NCBI GenBank assembly: GCA_022340485.1
Contig: JAJDNX010000123.1
Location: 1 to 61,050 of the forward strand
Origin: Gammaproteobacteria bacterium
GTDB lineage: Bacteria > Pseudomonadota > Gammaproteobacteria > UBA9214
Length of the DNA stretch: 61,050 nucleotides
Direction of reading: 5' to 3'
The notes beneath the pieces were generated by a model. That model saw only the letters and a program-made list of their open reading frames with translations, searched no databases and was not told where the DNA came from. The translations under genes were made by a program, and so were the position numbers. Of this stretch, positions 19,012 to 30,765 are shown piece after piece (the first letter of the stretch is position 1; every line of letters starts with the position of its first letter).

Positions 19012-19399
19012 TTCACCAGCGGCCGGGGAGGTAGCCCCCGGGCAGGGGCTCGCCGTGGCAGCCGAGGCCCTGTATCTCGTCAACCTGCTGCTGTTGCCCG
19101 GTGTGGGCTTCCTGGTGCTGCTGGCACTGTATCTGCGGAACCTCCGTGTGGCCCCGCCACTGGCTGTCTGCCACCTGCGCCAGACGCTTTCTGCCAGCCT
19201 GTGGGCGGGTGCGCTGCTGCTGGTGGCCAATGTCATGATTCTGCTGCTTGGTGGTTACCACAGTCCCTACACCTGGATGGTGGTCATCATCTACTTCACC
19301 ACCTGCCATGCCACGCTGGTATTGCTGGGTGTGATGGGGCTTGCCAAGGCGATGGCCGGCCAGTGTTTCCGGTTCCCGCTGGTTGGCCGACCGGTCTGA
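18992..19399 (+). CDS. Hypothetical 3-TM membrane protein
   Basis: Three hydrophobic segments; overlaps norQ end; start may be TTG 19001. Confidence 0.7.
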   Translation: MPRLAHDSPAAGEVAPGQGLAVAAEALYLVNLLLLPGVGFLVLLALYLRNLRVAPPLAVCHLRQTLSASLWAGALLLVANVMILLLGGYHSPYTWMVVIIYFTTCHATLVLLGVMGLAKAMAGQCFRFPLVGRPV

Positions 19400-19400
19400 G

Positions 19401-20363
19401 ATGGGCGTGCAGCGACATTCTTTGAGCCGCTACCGCCGGTGGTTGCAGGCGGGCTTCTTTATTCTGTTCGTGGTGGCTCCGCCACTGGATGTCTTCCGTT
19501 ATGACCTGACGCTGGGCCATTTCATTGTCCTTGGCAGGCCCTGGACACTGGGGCTGGATGCCCTGATCAGTGGCGACATCAGTGCCCCCCGGGCAGTAGC
19601 AAACGTCATTGTGCGCGGTTTCCTGCCGGTGCTGCTGGTTGGTGCTGCGCTGATCTGGACAGCATGGCGCTATGGACGCCTGTATTGCGGCTGGCTGTGC
19701 CCGCATTTTTCCGTGGTGGAAACGGTCAATGCGCTGATGCAACGCGCCAGTGGCAAGCCAAGTATCTGGGAATCCCAGCCGTTACCGGCACGGCGTCCGG
19801 ATGGTCGTACGGTGTTGCCGGACGGGCGTTACTGGCTGCTGACGGTTCCGCTTGCGGCCGCCTTTGCCTTTCTCTGGGCACTGAGTCTGCTGAGCTACCT
19901 GTTACCGCCCTTCGAGATTTACCACAACCTGCTCAACGCCAGCCTGACTGGCAACCAGGCACGCTTCCTCGGTATCGGCACACTGCTGTTCTTTATCGAT
20001 TTCATGTTTGCCCGCCACCTGTTTTGCCGCTTTGGCTGTGCGGTCGGGTTGTTTCAAAGCCTTGCCTGGATGGCAAACCCGCGTGCGCTGGTGGTTGGTT
20101 TTGACAGTTCACGGGCGCGCAGCTGCCAGGCCTGCAATAATGCCTGTGACAATGCCTGTCCCATGCGGCTGCGGCCACGCACGATCAAGCGCCGCATGTT
20201 TACCTGTACCGAATGCACCCAGTGCATCTCGGCCTGTGAACAGGTACAGGCCGACAACCCGGCAGGAGGCCTGTTGCAGTGGGTGGATGATGCGCACGCC
20301 ATCCCGGTGGCCACCGGCCGATCGATCCGGCCTCGTAGTGGTAAAGCGGTAGCGGATTACTGA
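19401..20363 (+). CDS. NapH/CcoG-like membrane 4Fe-4S protein
   Basis: GRLYCGWLCP, FCRFGCAVG, CQACNNACDNACP, CTECTQCISAC. Confidence 0.88.
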   Translation: MGVQRHSLSRYRRWLQAGFFILFVVAPPLDVFRYDLTLGHFIVLGRPWTLGLDALISGDISAPRAVANVIVRGFLPVLLVGAALIWTAWRYGRLYCGWLCPHFSVVETVNALMQRASGKPSIWESQPLPARRPDGRTVLPDGRYWLLTVPLAAAFAFLWALSLLSYLLPPFEIYHNLLNASLTGNQARFLGIGTLLFFIDFMFARHLFCRFGCAVGLFQSLAWMANPRALVVGFDSSRARSCQACNNACDNACPMRLRPRTIKRRMFTCTECTQCISACEQVQADNPAGGLLQWVDDAHAIPVATGRSIRPRSGKAVADY

Positions 20364-22204
20364 TGGAAGAGCAGGTCGGACAACTCTGGGACCGCCTGAT
20401 TACCCGGGCCGCGGAACAGCGTTATCCTGCGGCAGCCGTGACGCTGGAGCAGGTCAGCAGGACGGCGGCGATCCTGTTCCGCGCACTCGGCGGTGACGCT
20501 GGTCTGCGGGTCGAGGCCGCGACGGCTACCGCACATGGTGCCAGGCGATCCTGGCTGCAGCGTATCGCCGGCAGTAACACCTCCGTGAAACTCTCCTGGC
20601 GCGATGCGCAGGCGCTGCGGCTGCCACCGGTCATTGACTGTTTTGCCGAGGCCAGCCTGAACCGTGACCTGTACCTGTGGCTGGCGGCACTCGCTGCACA
20701 AACCGCCAGCAATCAGGCTGCGGACTGGTTTGTACGCAGTCAGCAGATGACGCTGGCTGTGCTGGACGAGTACCCGGGTATGGGCACGCGTTACCGGCGT
20801 CTGGTGGCGGCGCACCTGGCGCAACGTCCGCATCCCGAACGGATGCATGCCGATGAAGCGGCCCGGGAACAGGCGATCCGTGCCGCATTACAGCACCCCG
20901 GCAGTTGCCGCCATCTGCCTGTGGCAAAACGTGCGCCGCAGCCGGTGTTGTTGTGGTTGCACCCGACGCCACCGCTGCCAGCAGCCAGCAGCGCGGATAC
21001 CGCCGGCGAAGACGCCGGGTCGTGCGATCATGAGGGCCTCAGCAAGGCGCTTGAGGACCAGAGCCGCAGGCAGGCCGAACGTGTCGACATGCCGGAAGAA
21101 AACCGTGGTCTGATTGCCGTGCGCATGGAAAACATCTTTACCTGGGGCGAGTTTGCCAGGGTGGACCGTGGTACGGAGGAGAACGAGGACCTTGATGAGG
21201 CCGCGGCTGCTGCCGAATCCATGGATCGCTTCAGTGTGACCCGGGGCGGCAAGACGATCGCCTCGCGCCTGCGCTTTGATCTCGATCTGCCCTCGGAGAG
21301 TTGCGACGATCAGCAGATCGGTACCGGTATCCTGTTGCCAGAGTGGGATTACAAGGCACAACGGCTGCAGCCGGCTTACTGTCGTATCCAGCCCATGGTC
21401 GCGGCAGATGCCAGTCCTGTCGAATTGCCGGAGAGACTGCGACGTACGGCACGGTTGTTGCAGGCACAGTTCCAGTGGCTGGCACCGGCACGAGTCTGGC
21501 ACCGTGAACAGCAGGAAGGGCAGGAAATCGATCTGGATGCCTACCTGCGCTTCCGTGGGGAGCGTGCCGCCGGACAGGCGGTCGCCGGTGATCGCCTCTA
21601 CCGTGACATGCGCAGTGGTGCCCGTGACCTGGCCTGCCTGTTGCTGGCCGACCTGTCGTTATCTACCGATGCCTTTGTCAATGACAGGGTTCGGGTGATC
21701 GATGTGATACGTGACAGCCTGTTCCTGTTTGCCGAATCGCTGGCCGCTACCGGTGACCGCTTCGCCATGTACGGTTTCTCCTCGCGACGTCGTGATCCGG
21801 TACGTTTTCATCAATTAAAGGGCTTTACCGAATCCTACAATGCGCGCGTGCGTGGCCGTATCGATGCCATCAAGCCCGGTTACTATACCCGCATGGGGGC
21901 GGCGGTGCGGCATGCCACCCAGCTCCTGGCCGGGCAGCCGGCGGGTCGTCGCTTGCTGCTGTTGCTGACCGATGGCAAACCGAATGACCTGGACCGCTAT
22001 GAAGGGCGTTACGGCATCGAGGATACCCGGCATGCCCTCAGGCAGGCGCGGGAGCAGGGATTGCAGCCTTTTTGTGTCACTGTCGACCAGCGTGCCGGTG
22101 AATACCTGCCGCACCTGTTTGGCAGTGGTGGCTACGTACTGATCCACCGGCCATCGCAACTGCCACGTGAGTTGCCACTGCTGTATGCGCGGCTCACGGC
22201 CTAG
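20363..22204 (+). CDS. norD: NorD, VWA-domain NOR activation protein
   Basis: MEEQVGQLW start, LPEWDY, DLSLS MIDAS, YYTRMGAA, LTDGKPND. Confidence 0.95.
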   Translation: MEEQVGQLWDRLITRAAEQRYPAAAVTLEQVSRTAAILFRALGGDAGLRVEAATATAHGARRSWLQRIAGSNTSVKLSWRDAQALRLPPVIDCFAEASLNRDLYLWLAALAAQTASNQAADWFVRSQQMTLAVLDEYPGMGTRYRRLVAAHLAQRPHPERMHADEAAREQAIRAALQHPGSCRHLPVAKRAPQPVLLWLHPTPPLPAASSADTAGEDAGSCDHEGLSKALEDQSRRQAERVDMPEENRGLIAVRMENIFTWGEFARVDRGTEENEDLDEAAAAAESMDRFSVTRGGKTIASRLRFDLDLPSESCDDQQIGTGILLPEWDYKAQRLQPAYCRIQPMVAADASPVELPERLRRTARLLQAQFQWLAPARVWHREQQEGQEIDLDAYLRFRGERAAGQAVAGDRLYRDMRSGARDLACLLLADLSLSTDAFVNDRVRVIDVIRDSLFLFAESLAATGDRFAMYGFSSRRRDPVRFHQLKGFTESYNARVRGRIDAIKPGYYTRMGAAVRHATQLLAGQPAGRRLLLLLTDGKPNDLDRYEGRYGIEDTRHALRQAREQGLQPFCVTVDQRAGEYLPHLFGSGGYVLIHRPSQLPRELPLLYARLTA

Positions 22205-22291
22205 CAGGCCAAGGGTTCAATTTGCCTGCGCTTGCTCGCTCATGGACGAACCGGCGTATTGACATCCGGATAGGCCGCCACAAGCGCTAAC

Positions 22292-22305
22292 TTGATGCAG
22301 ATCAA
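22292..22305. promoter_or_regulatory. FNR/DNR box upstream of nirI/nosR-like gene
   Basis: Exact TTGAT-GCAG-ATCAA. Confidence 0.8.
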
Positions 22306-22365
22306 GGCGATGCACGGGCGACACCGATAGCGTTCCGGGTATCTCCTGGCAGCCCGGCCCGTCAC

Positions 22366-23985
22366 ATGACTAGAACGCTACGTAACAGCCTCCCTTTGTC
22401 CGCATGGCTGTGGTGCCTGTGTCTGCTGGGTGTGGCCGGCAGCCTCCACAGCGCCTGCGCCACGGGGACTGAGGAAGTGGTGCGGCAGTACTTCCCGCAG
22501 GCGACGCATGTCGGCGAGTTTGCCGGCGAACCACTGGCTGCGCCGGTGTTTCAGGACGAGCAGCTGCTGGGTTATCTCATGCGCACCTCCGATATTGCAC
22601 CGATCCCGGCCTATTCCGGTGAGCCGATCACCCTGCTGGTCGGACTGGATCTCGAGGGCAAGATTACCGGCCTCAAGATCACGGAACACTCCGAGCCCAT
22701 CCTCGTGGTAGGCATTTCCGAGCAGGACCTTGCACACTATGTTGAGCAGTACCGGGGGGTAACGGTCGAGCAGAAGGTCAAGCTGGGCGGCGCGGAACGC
22801 GAAGGCTATGTCACCATAGATGGCATCACCGGTGCCACCATCACCGCCATGGTGATGAATGCCACGGTCATGAAGTCTGTACAGCAAGTGGCTGCCACCC
22901 GTGGTATCCCGCGGTCGCCTGAAGGGGCCGCAGCGGAAGTCGATCCTGCCTTGCCTGACTCGCAGGAAAACCGGCAGACCGAGGCAGCCCGCTCGACGCC
23001 ACCACCTGCCTGGTGGCTGGGCGAGTCCGCCGAGCCTTTCTGGGTCTCGGTGTGGCGAGATCGTGTCTGGCAGATCTCGATATTGATCGTCGCCCTTGTC
23101 GTCCTGACCCTTATCCTGCTGTTTCAGGACTGGCTCACCCGCCGGCCCGCTATGTTGCGCATCGTGCGCACCACTTTTCTGTTGTTTACGCTGTTCTTTA
23201 TTGGCTGGTATGCGCTTGCGCAGCTGTCGGTTATCCATGTGCTGACGTTTATCAATGCCATTTTGCACCGCTTTAGCTGGGAATCGTTCCTGGTCGATCC
23301 GCTGATCTTCATACTCTGGGGTTATGTGGCGCTGACCCTGCTATTGTGGGGACGTGGCGTCTACTGTGGCTGGCTATGCCCCTTCGGTGCCCTGCAGGAA
23401 CTGCTTCACCAGCTGGCGCAGCGGCTGAAGATCCCGGAATACAAGTTCCCGGATGTCGTGCACGAGCGCCTTACTGCCATCAAGTACATCCTCTTTATCG
23501 CGCTGTTCGGCCTGTCGTTGCAGTCCATCGGTTATGCCGCCCGGGCCGCCGAGGTGGAGCCCTTCAAGACGGCCATCGTGATGCACTTCGACCGTGGCGG
23601 AATCTTCTTGCTGTATGCCCTGGGCCTGTTGCTGATCGCCGTGTTCAATCGCAAGTTCTTTTGCAAGTACCTGTGTCCACTGGGCGCGGCACTGGCGATC
23701 CCGGCGCCACTGCGCATCTTTGACTGGCTGCGGCGGCGTAAGGAATGTGGCCGGCCCTGCCAGATCTGTGCCCGGCAGTGCGAGGTGCAGGCGATTCGGC
23801 CGACCGGTGAAATCAACCCGAACGAATGTCACTACTGCCTGGACTGCCAGCTGACCTACTGGGATGATCACAACTGCCCGCCACTGTCGGAAAAGCGTAT
23901 CAGAAGGGAAAAGAGTCAAAAGGCGCTGGAGCGGATCCAGGCAGCAGGGGCAGCCACCAGCCCAGGGGGAAAAATAGCGGATTGA
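22366..23985 (+). CDS. nirI: NosR/NirI family FMN- and Fe-S-containing membrane protein
   Basis: DGITGAT flavinylation motif, GRGVYCGWLCPFG, FCKYLCPLG, C-terminal ferredoxin motifs; directly upstream of nirS. Confidence 0.8.
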   Translation: MTRTLRNSLPLSAWLWCLCLLGVAGSLHSACATGTEEVVRQYFPQATHVGEFAGEPLAAPVFQDEQLLGYLMRTSDIAPIPAYSGEPITLLVGLDLEGKITGLKITEHSEPILVVGISEQDLAHYVEQYRGVTVEQKVKLGGAEREGYVTIDGITGATITAMVMNATVMKSVQQVAATRGIPRSPEGAAAEVDPALPDSQENRQTEAARSTPPPAWWLGESAEPFWVSVWRDRVWQISILIVALVVLTLILLFQDWLTRRPAMLRIVRTTFLLFTLFFIGWYALAQLSVIHVLTFINAILHRFSWESFLVDPLIFILWGYVALTLLLWGRGVYCGWLCPFGALQELLHQLAQRLKIPEYKFPDVVHERLTAIKYILFIALFGLSLQSIGYAARAAEVEPFKTAIVMHFDRGGIFLLYALGLLLIAVFNRKFFCKYLCPLGAALAIPAPLRIFDWLRRRKECGRPCQICARQCEVQAIRPTGEINPNECHYCLDCQLTYWDDHNCPPLSEKRIRREKSQKALERIQAAGAATSPGGKIAD

Positions 23986-24013
23986 ACGAACCATGCAGAA
24001 TGTCATGCAAAAA

Positions 24014-24027
24014 TTGATGTAGGTTAA
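24014..24027. promoter_or_regulatory. FNR/DNR-like box upstream of nirS
   Basis: TTGAT-GTAG-GTTAA. Confidence 0.6.
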
Positions 24028-24051
24028 GGTTGGCGTGGTCCATCACGGTAG

Positions 24052-25827
<1,776 letters not shown>

Positions 25828-25845
25828 GTACTTGTGTTGTGAGTT

Positions 25846-25879
25846 CGGGAAGGGGGCATCCCCCTTCCCGGTTTTTTTT
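25846..25879 (+). terminator. Intrinsic terminator after nirS
   Basis: CGGGAAGGGG..CCCCTTCCCG stem followed by a T8 tract. Confidence 0.85.
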
Positions 25880-25918
25880 GAGGCACAGCCTGTAGCCACA
25901 TAAAGATCAGCTGACGAA

Positions 25919-26245
25919 ATGATGCAATCCAGATTTATGGCGGTTGTTTTCTGCGTGCTCTCTGGCATGGGTGCCACAGTATTCGCGGCACCGGACAGCG
26001 CCCGCCAGGCTGAACTGCTTTATTTGCTGAAACATGACTGTGGTTCCTGTCATGGCATGACCCGCAAGGGTGGGCTGGGACCGCCGTTACTCCCCGAATC
26101 CCTCAGTAATCGATCACAGCAACTGCTGCTTGGTACCATTCTGGATGGCCGCCCGGGTACCCCCATGCCGCCATGGCGCGGTGAGTTGTCCGAACAGGAT
26201 GCACAATGGTTGATCGAGGCGATGCGCCGCGGGGAGGGCTTGTGA
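25919..26245 (+). CDS. nirC: Cytochrome c55X
   Basis: DCGSCHG..GGLGPPL, GRPGTPMPPW. Confidence 0.9.
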   Translation: MMQSRFMAVVFCVLSGMGATVFAAPDSARQAELLYLLKHDCGSCHGMTRKGGLGPPLLPESLSNRSQQLLLGTILDGRPGTPMPPWRGELSEQDAQWLIEAMRRGEGL

Positions 26246-27522
26246 ACACCTCACCACAAAACGGGGTCAGGAAACTCTTTTTCTTCAGCGCCACCATTTT
26301 CGGGAGCGGACGCCCGCAACAGGTTCCTGGCAGCTTTTTGCGCGACTGCGGTTGGATTTTTCTGTCCCTGGTGTTTCTCTCTGGCAGCAGTCAAATCGCG
26401 AACGCAGACTGCCTGATTCGTGGCACCGGTGACCTGGGGGTGGTGGTCGAGCGTGCCACTGGCAGTGTGCAAATCCTCGATACCACGGCCAGATCCAGAC
26501 TGTTCAGGGTCACCGGTCTCGGTGATCTTTCGCATGCCTCGGTTGTGTTTTCCCGTGACGAGCGCTATGCGTATATCTTTGGCCGTGATGGAGGGCTGTC
26601 CAGGGTTGACCTGCTTTGTGGCACACTCGACAAACGCGTGGTACAGGCCGGTAACAGCATCGGCGGCGCCATTTCACAGGACGGTTCGCTGGTCGCGGTC
26701 TCCAATTACACGCCGGGTGGTGTGAAGGTATTTGACGCCGACTCCCTGGTACTGGTTGCTGATTTGCCGGCGATAGGGAAAGACGGCAAACCCTCAAAGG
26801 TCGTCGGTCTGGTGGATGCGCCAGGACAGCAGTTCGTCTACACGCTCTATGATGCCGGTGAGATACGGATAGCCGACCTCTCTGACCGGGCTGCGCCGGT
26901 GGTGACTACGTACCGTGACATCGGCCGGCTCCCCTATGACGCCCTGATTACACCGGATGGCCGCTATTATATTGCTGGCCTGTTCGGCGAAGATGGCCTG
27001 GCGTTGCTGGATCTGTGGGAACCACAGGAGGGTGTGCGGCGCATCATGGACCATTATGGCCGCGGCAAGGAGGCATTGCCGGTCTACAAGATGCCGCACC
27101 TGGAAGGCTGGGCCATGGCGGGACGCTATGCCTTTATCCCGGCGGTAGGTCAGCATGAGGTGCTGGTCGTGGACAGTGACAGCTGGCAGGAAGTTGGCCG
27201 TATCGCTGTGCACGGGCAACCGGTGTTCGTCGTGGCGCGTCCGGATGGCCGCCAGGTATGGGTGAACTTCGCCCATCCGCTGAATGACACCGTGCAGGTC
27301 ATCGACACGCAAAAAATGCAGGTGGTGCATACCCTGCAACCTGGCAAGGGTGTCTTGCATATGGAGTTTGCGCCGCGTGGTGAAACCCTCTGGCTGTCTG
27401 TTCGGGATGACGACCAGGTACAGGTCTATGACACGGCGAGTCTTGCACGCGTGGCACAGCTCAAGGTTGAAAAGCCCAGCGGGATTTTCTTTACTGCCAG
27501 GGCACACCGGACAGGACTGTAA
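26242..27522 (+). CDS. nirF: Haem d1 biosynthesis protein NirF
   Basis: RGTGDLGVVVER, GDLSHAS, YKMPHLEGW, PSGIFFTARA; GTGA overlap with nirC. Confidence 0.93.
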   Translation: MNTSPQNGVRKLFFFSATIFGSGRPQQVPGSFLRDCGWIFLSLVFLSGSSQIANADCLIRGTGDLGVVVERATGSVQILDTTARSRLFRVTGLGDLSHASVVFSRDERYAYIFGRDGGLSRVDLLCGTLDKRVVQAGNSIGGAISQDGSLVAVSNYTPGGVKVFDADSLVLVADLPAIGKDGKPSKVVGLVDAPGQQFVYTLYDAGEIRIADLSDRAAPVVTTYRDIGRLPYDALITPDGRYYIAGLFGEDGLALLDLWEPQEGVRRIMDHYGRGKEALPVYKMPHLEGWAMAGRYAFIPAVGQHEVLVVDSDSWQEVGRIAVHGQPVFVVARPDGRQVWVNFAHPLNDTVQVIDTQKMQVVHTLQPGKGVLHMEFAPRGETLWLSVRDDDQVQVYDTASLARVAQLKVEKPSGIFFTARAHRTGL

Positions 27523-27524
27523 TC

Positions 27525-28049
27525 ATGTCAAGGAAACAAAAACCTGCAGCAGCTGCCTCACAGGCGACAAGTCCACTCGCGATCCTGGATACACCGGTTA
27601 CCCTGACAGGGTTGGAGAAATGCCTGCTAAATGAATATCAGCGCGGCTTTCCCCTGTGTGCCTCACCCTTTGCACGGATCGCCGAACAGCAGGGCGTGAC
27701 CGAAGATGAGGTCATCGGGACACTGGAATCACTGCAGCAACGGGGTCTGATTAGTCGTGTGGGACCGGTATTTGCACCGCAGCGTGCCGGTGCCAGTACC
27801 CTGGCAGCGCTTGCGGTCCCCGCGGAAGATCTTACACAAGTTGCAGAATATATTAGTAATTTCGAAGCGGTGAATCACAACTATGAACGCGAACACCACT
27901 ATAACCTGTGGTTCGTGGTCACGGCACCGGATCAGGCGCAGGTACAACGCGTGCTGGGCAGGATCGAGGCAGAGACCGGCTTGCAGGTCCTTGATCTGCC
28001 TCTGGAAAGATCGTTTTATATTGACCTGGGATTTCCGTTATGGTGCTGA
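27525..28049 (+). CDS. nirD: Sirohaem decarboxylase subunit
   Basis: Lrp/AsnC-like; GASTLAAL, NHNYEREHHYNLWFV; gene order. Confidence 0.88.
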   Translation: MSRKQKPAAAASQATSPLAILDTPVTLTGLEKCLLNEYQRGFPLCASPFARIAEQQGVTEDEVIGTLESLQQRGLISRVGPVFAPQRAGASTLAALAVPAEDLTQVAEYISNFEAVNHNYEREHHYNLWFVVTAPDQAQVQRVLGRIEAETGLQVLDLPLERSFYIDLGFPLWC

Positions 28050-28576
28050 GCGAGCAAGACCGTGAGCTGATTGCCGCAATCCAGGGAGGCCTGCCGCTGG
28101 TGGCCAGACCGTATGCTGCAATTGCTGCCCGGCTCGGTCTGCATGAGGATGAGGTGATTGTGCGGCTGGCGGCACTGCAGCAAGCCGGGATGATTAAACG
28201 CATGGGCGTGGTCGTCAAACACCGTGCGCTCGGCTACAATGCCAATGCCATGGTTGTCTGGGACATCCCGGATGCCGAGGTGGCGCATATCGGTGCCCTA
28301 CTGGCCGGGGAAACCTGTATCACCCTGTGTTACCAGCGCCCGCGGCGGCTTCCGGAATGGCGCTACAACCTGTTCTGCATGATCCATGGCCGTGAGCGGG
28401 ATAGTGTGCTGCGGCGCCTGGAACAGATCGTTGCCCTACATGGCCTGGAAAAGTTTCCGCATACGGTGTTGTTCAGTGGCCGCAGTTTCAAGCAGCGCGG
28501 TGCGCATTATGTGGAAACCGGCAAGTTGACGGGATCTCTGCACGGGTCTCCTAGTCGGAAAAAGGCGCATGGATAG
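28040..28576 (+). CDS. nirL: Sirohaem decarboxylase subunit
   Basis: HRALGYNANAMVVW, CYQRPR, FKQRGA. Confidence 0.88.
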   Translation: MVLSEQDRELIAAIQGGLPLVARPYAAIAARLGLHEDEVIVRLAALQQAGMIKRMGVVVKHRALGYNANAMVVWDIPDAEVAHIGALLAGETCITLCYQRPRRLPEWRYNLFCMIHGRERDSVLRRLEQIVALHGLEKFPHTVLFSGRSFKQRGAHYVETGKLTGSLHGSPSRKKAHG

Positions 28577-29012
28577 CATCGATGCCAGCATCGTGAACCG
28601 CTTGCAGGAAGGCCTGCCTGTCTGTGCACGTCCCTTTGATGAGGTCGCGGCAACACTCGATCTTTCCCTGGATGAATTACTGTCACGGCTGCAGCGCCTG
28701 CTTGATGACCGGGTCCTGAGCCGTTTCGGACCGATGTTCAATGCAGAAAAAATGGGTGGCGCCCTGAGTCTCTGTGCCATGCAGGTCCCTGTCGAGCGCT
28801 TTGACATTGTAGCCGCGCAGGTGAATGCCTTTCCCGAGGTGGCGCACAATTACGAGCGTGACCATTTGCTCAACATGTGGTTTGTGATTGCCACGGAGCG
28901 ACCGGAACAGGCGCTTGCCGTTATCCGCGACATCGAGCAGCTAAGTGGCTGCCGGGTCTATGATATGCCGAAGCAGGAAGAGTTTTATATCGGCCTGAAG
29001 CTGGCCGTTTAG
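28569..29012 (+). CDS. nirG: Sirohaem decarboxylase subunit
   Basis: SRFGPMFNAEKMGG, VAHNYERDHLLNMWFV. Confidence 0.88.
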   Translation: MDSIDASIVNRLQEGLPVCARPFDEVAATLDLSLDELLSRLQRLLDDRVLSRFGPMFNAEKMGGALSLCAMQVPVERFDIVAAQVNAFPEVAHNYERDHLLNMWFVIATERPEQALAVIRDIEQLSGCRVYDMPKQEEFYIGLKLAV

Positions 29013-29015
29013 GGG

Positions 29016-29546
29016 ATGAGGATGAGCGGCCATCCGCATGCATCGAACGAGGTACAGTCTGATGGCCAGCTGCTGGATGCAACGGACCGGCAGATCATTG
29101 TTGCCACACAAGCCGGCCTGCCGCTGGTCGCCGAGCCCTATGCCGTGCTGGCACGGCAACTGGGTCTCGAAACCGGCGAGGTGCTGCAGCGGGTGGCTGC
29201 CATGCAGGCACGTGGCATCATCCGTCGCATCGCCGCCGTTCCCAATCATTATGCCCTGGGGTACACGGCCAATGGCATGTCCGTGTGGAATGTCTGCGAT
29301 GACCGTATTGCTGAATTTGGCAGACAGGTAGGTGCACTGGATTATGTGAGCCACTGTTACCAGCGACCGCGGCATCTGCCGTTGTGGCCCTATAACCTGT
29401 TTGCCATGGTGCATGGCCGCAGTCGCGAGGATATCGTGGCAAAGGTAGCTGCGATCGCAAACCTGCTTGGAGAGCACTGTCGCAGCCACGAGGTGCTGTA
29501 TAGCAAGCGTATTCTCAAGAAGACCGGCCTGAGGATCAGGGAGTAG
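29016..29546 (+). CDS. nirH: Sirohaem decarboxylase subunit
   Basis: PNHYALGYTANGMSVW, HCYQRPR, ILKKTGLR. Confidence 0.88.
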   Translation: MRMSGHPHASNEVQSDGQLLDATDRQIIVATQAGLPLVAEPYAVLARQLGLETGEVLQRVAAMQARGIIRRIAAVPNHYALGYTANGMSVWNVCDDRIAEFGRQVGALDYVSHCYQRPRHLPLWPYNLFAMVHGRSREDIVAKVAAIANLLGEHCRSHEVLYSKRILKKTGLRIRE

Positions 29547-29550
29547 TCGC

Positions 29551-30744
29551 ATGTTTCGAGTCTCGCAATTCATGCAGGAACTGCTGTCACCCACTGCACT
29601 TGCCGAGAGGCGCGCTCCACCCGGTCCCGTGGTGATCTGGAACCTGATACGGCGCTGCAATCTGACCTGCAAGCACTGTTACTCGATATCTGCAGACATC
29701 GATTTCAAGGGCGAGTTGTCAACCGAGGAGGTCTTCACGGTCATGGATGACCTCAAGTCTTTTGGGGTGCCCGTGTTGATCCTGTCCGGTGGTGAGCCGC
29801 TGTTGCGAGCCGATATTTTCGATATCTCACGACGTGCAAAGGAGATGGGGTTTTATGTTGGCCTATCAAGCAACGGCACCTTGATCGATGAATGCAATAT
29901 CGATGCCATTGCTGCCATCGGCTATGACTACGTCGGTATCAGCATAGACGGCAGTCGGCATACACATGACCGCTTCCGTCGCAAGGAAGGTGCCTTTGAC
30001 GCCTCGATGCGGGGTATCCGTTTGTGCCGGGATCGCGGTATCAAGGTGGGACTGCGCTTCACCATGACCGAGGACAATGCCGTCGAGCTGCCTGACATGC
30101 TGCAGCTGATGACCGACGAGGGCATCAACAAGTTCTATCTTTCCCATCTCAACTACGCCGGGCGCGGTAACCGCAACCGCGACAGCGACGTGCAGCACGC
30201 GATCACACGCGGTGCCATGGACCTGTTGTTTGAGACTGCCTTCAGGCACGCACGGCGCGGTAATGACACGGAGTTCGTGACCGGTAACAATGATGCCGAC
30301 GGTGTCTACCTGCTGCACTGGGTCATGCAGCATCATCCTGAAAAGGCTGACCATATTGCGGCTAAATTGCGACAATGGGGTGGCAACAGTTCCGGCGTCA
30401 ATATCGCCAACATCGATAATCTGGGCGAGGTCCACCCGGACACCTTCTGGTGGCATTACGGCCTCGGAAACGTCCGTCAGCGGCCGTTCTCGGCGATCTG
30501 GGAGGATACCTCGGACCCGATCATGAAAGGTCTGAAAGCAAATCCACGCCGGGTTAAAGGCCGTTGCGGAACTTGTCGTTACTTTGATATCTGCGGTGGC
30601 AATACCCGGGTGCGGGCCTTGCAATTGACCGGGGATCCATGGGCCGAGGATCCTGCCTGTTATTTGACTGATGCAGAAATTAGGGATATTAATGGATCCG
30701 GTGTGAACCCACAGCCTGTACACATGTCGTATACAGGGCGGTAA
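29551..30744 (+). CDS. nirJ: Haem d1 biosynthesis radical SAM protein
   Basis: MFRVSQFM, CNLTCKHC radical-SAM motif, SPASM cysteines, DPACY. Confidence 0.95.
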   Translation: MFRVSQFMQELLSPTALAERRAPPGPVVIWNLIRRCNLTCKHCYSISADIDFKGELSTEEVFTVMDDLKSFGVPVLILSGGEPLLRADIFDISRRAKEMGFYVGLSSNGTLIDECNIDAIAAIGYDYVGISIDGSRHTHDRFRRKEGAFDASMRGIRLCRDRGIKVGLRFTMTEDNAVELPDMLQLMTDEGINKFYLSHLNYAGRGNRNRDSDVQHAITRGAMDLLFETAFRHARRGNDTEFVTGNNDADGVYLLHWVMQHHPEKADHIAAKLRQWGGNSSGVNIANIDNLGEVHPDTFWWHYGLGNVRQRPFSAIWEDTSDPIMKGLKANPRRVKGRCGTCRYFDICGGNTRVRALQLTGDPWAEDPACYLTDAEIRDINGSGVNPQPVHMSYTGR

Positions 30745-30765
30745 CAGATTCTGTATGGTATCAGT

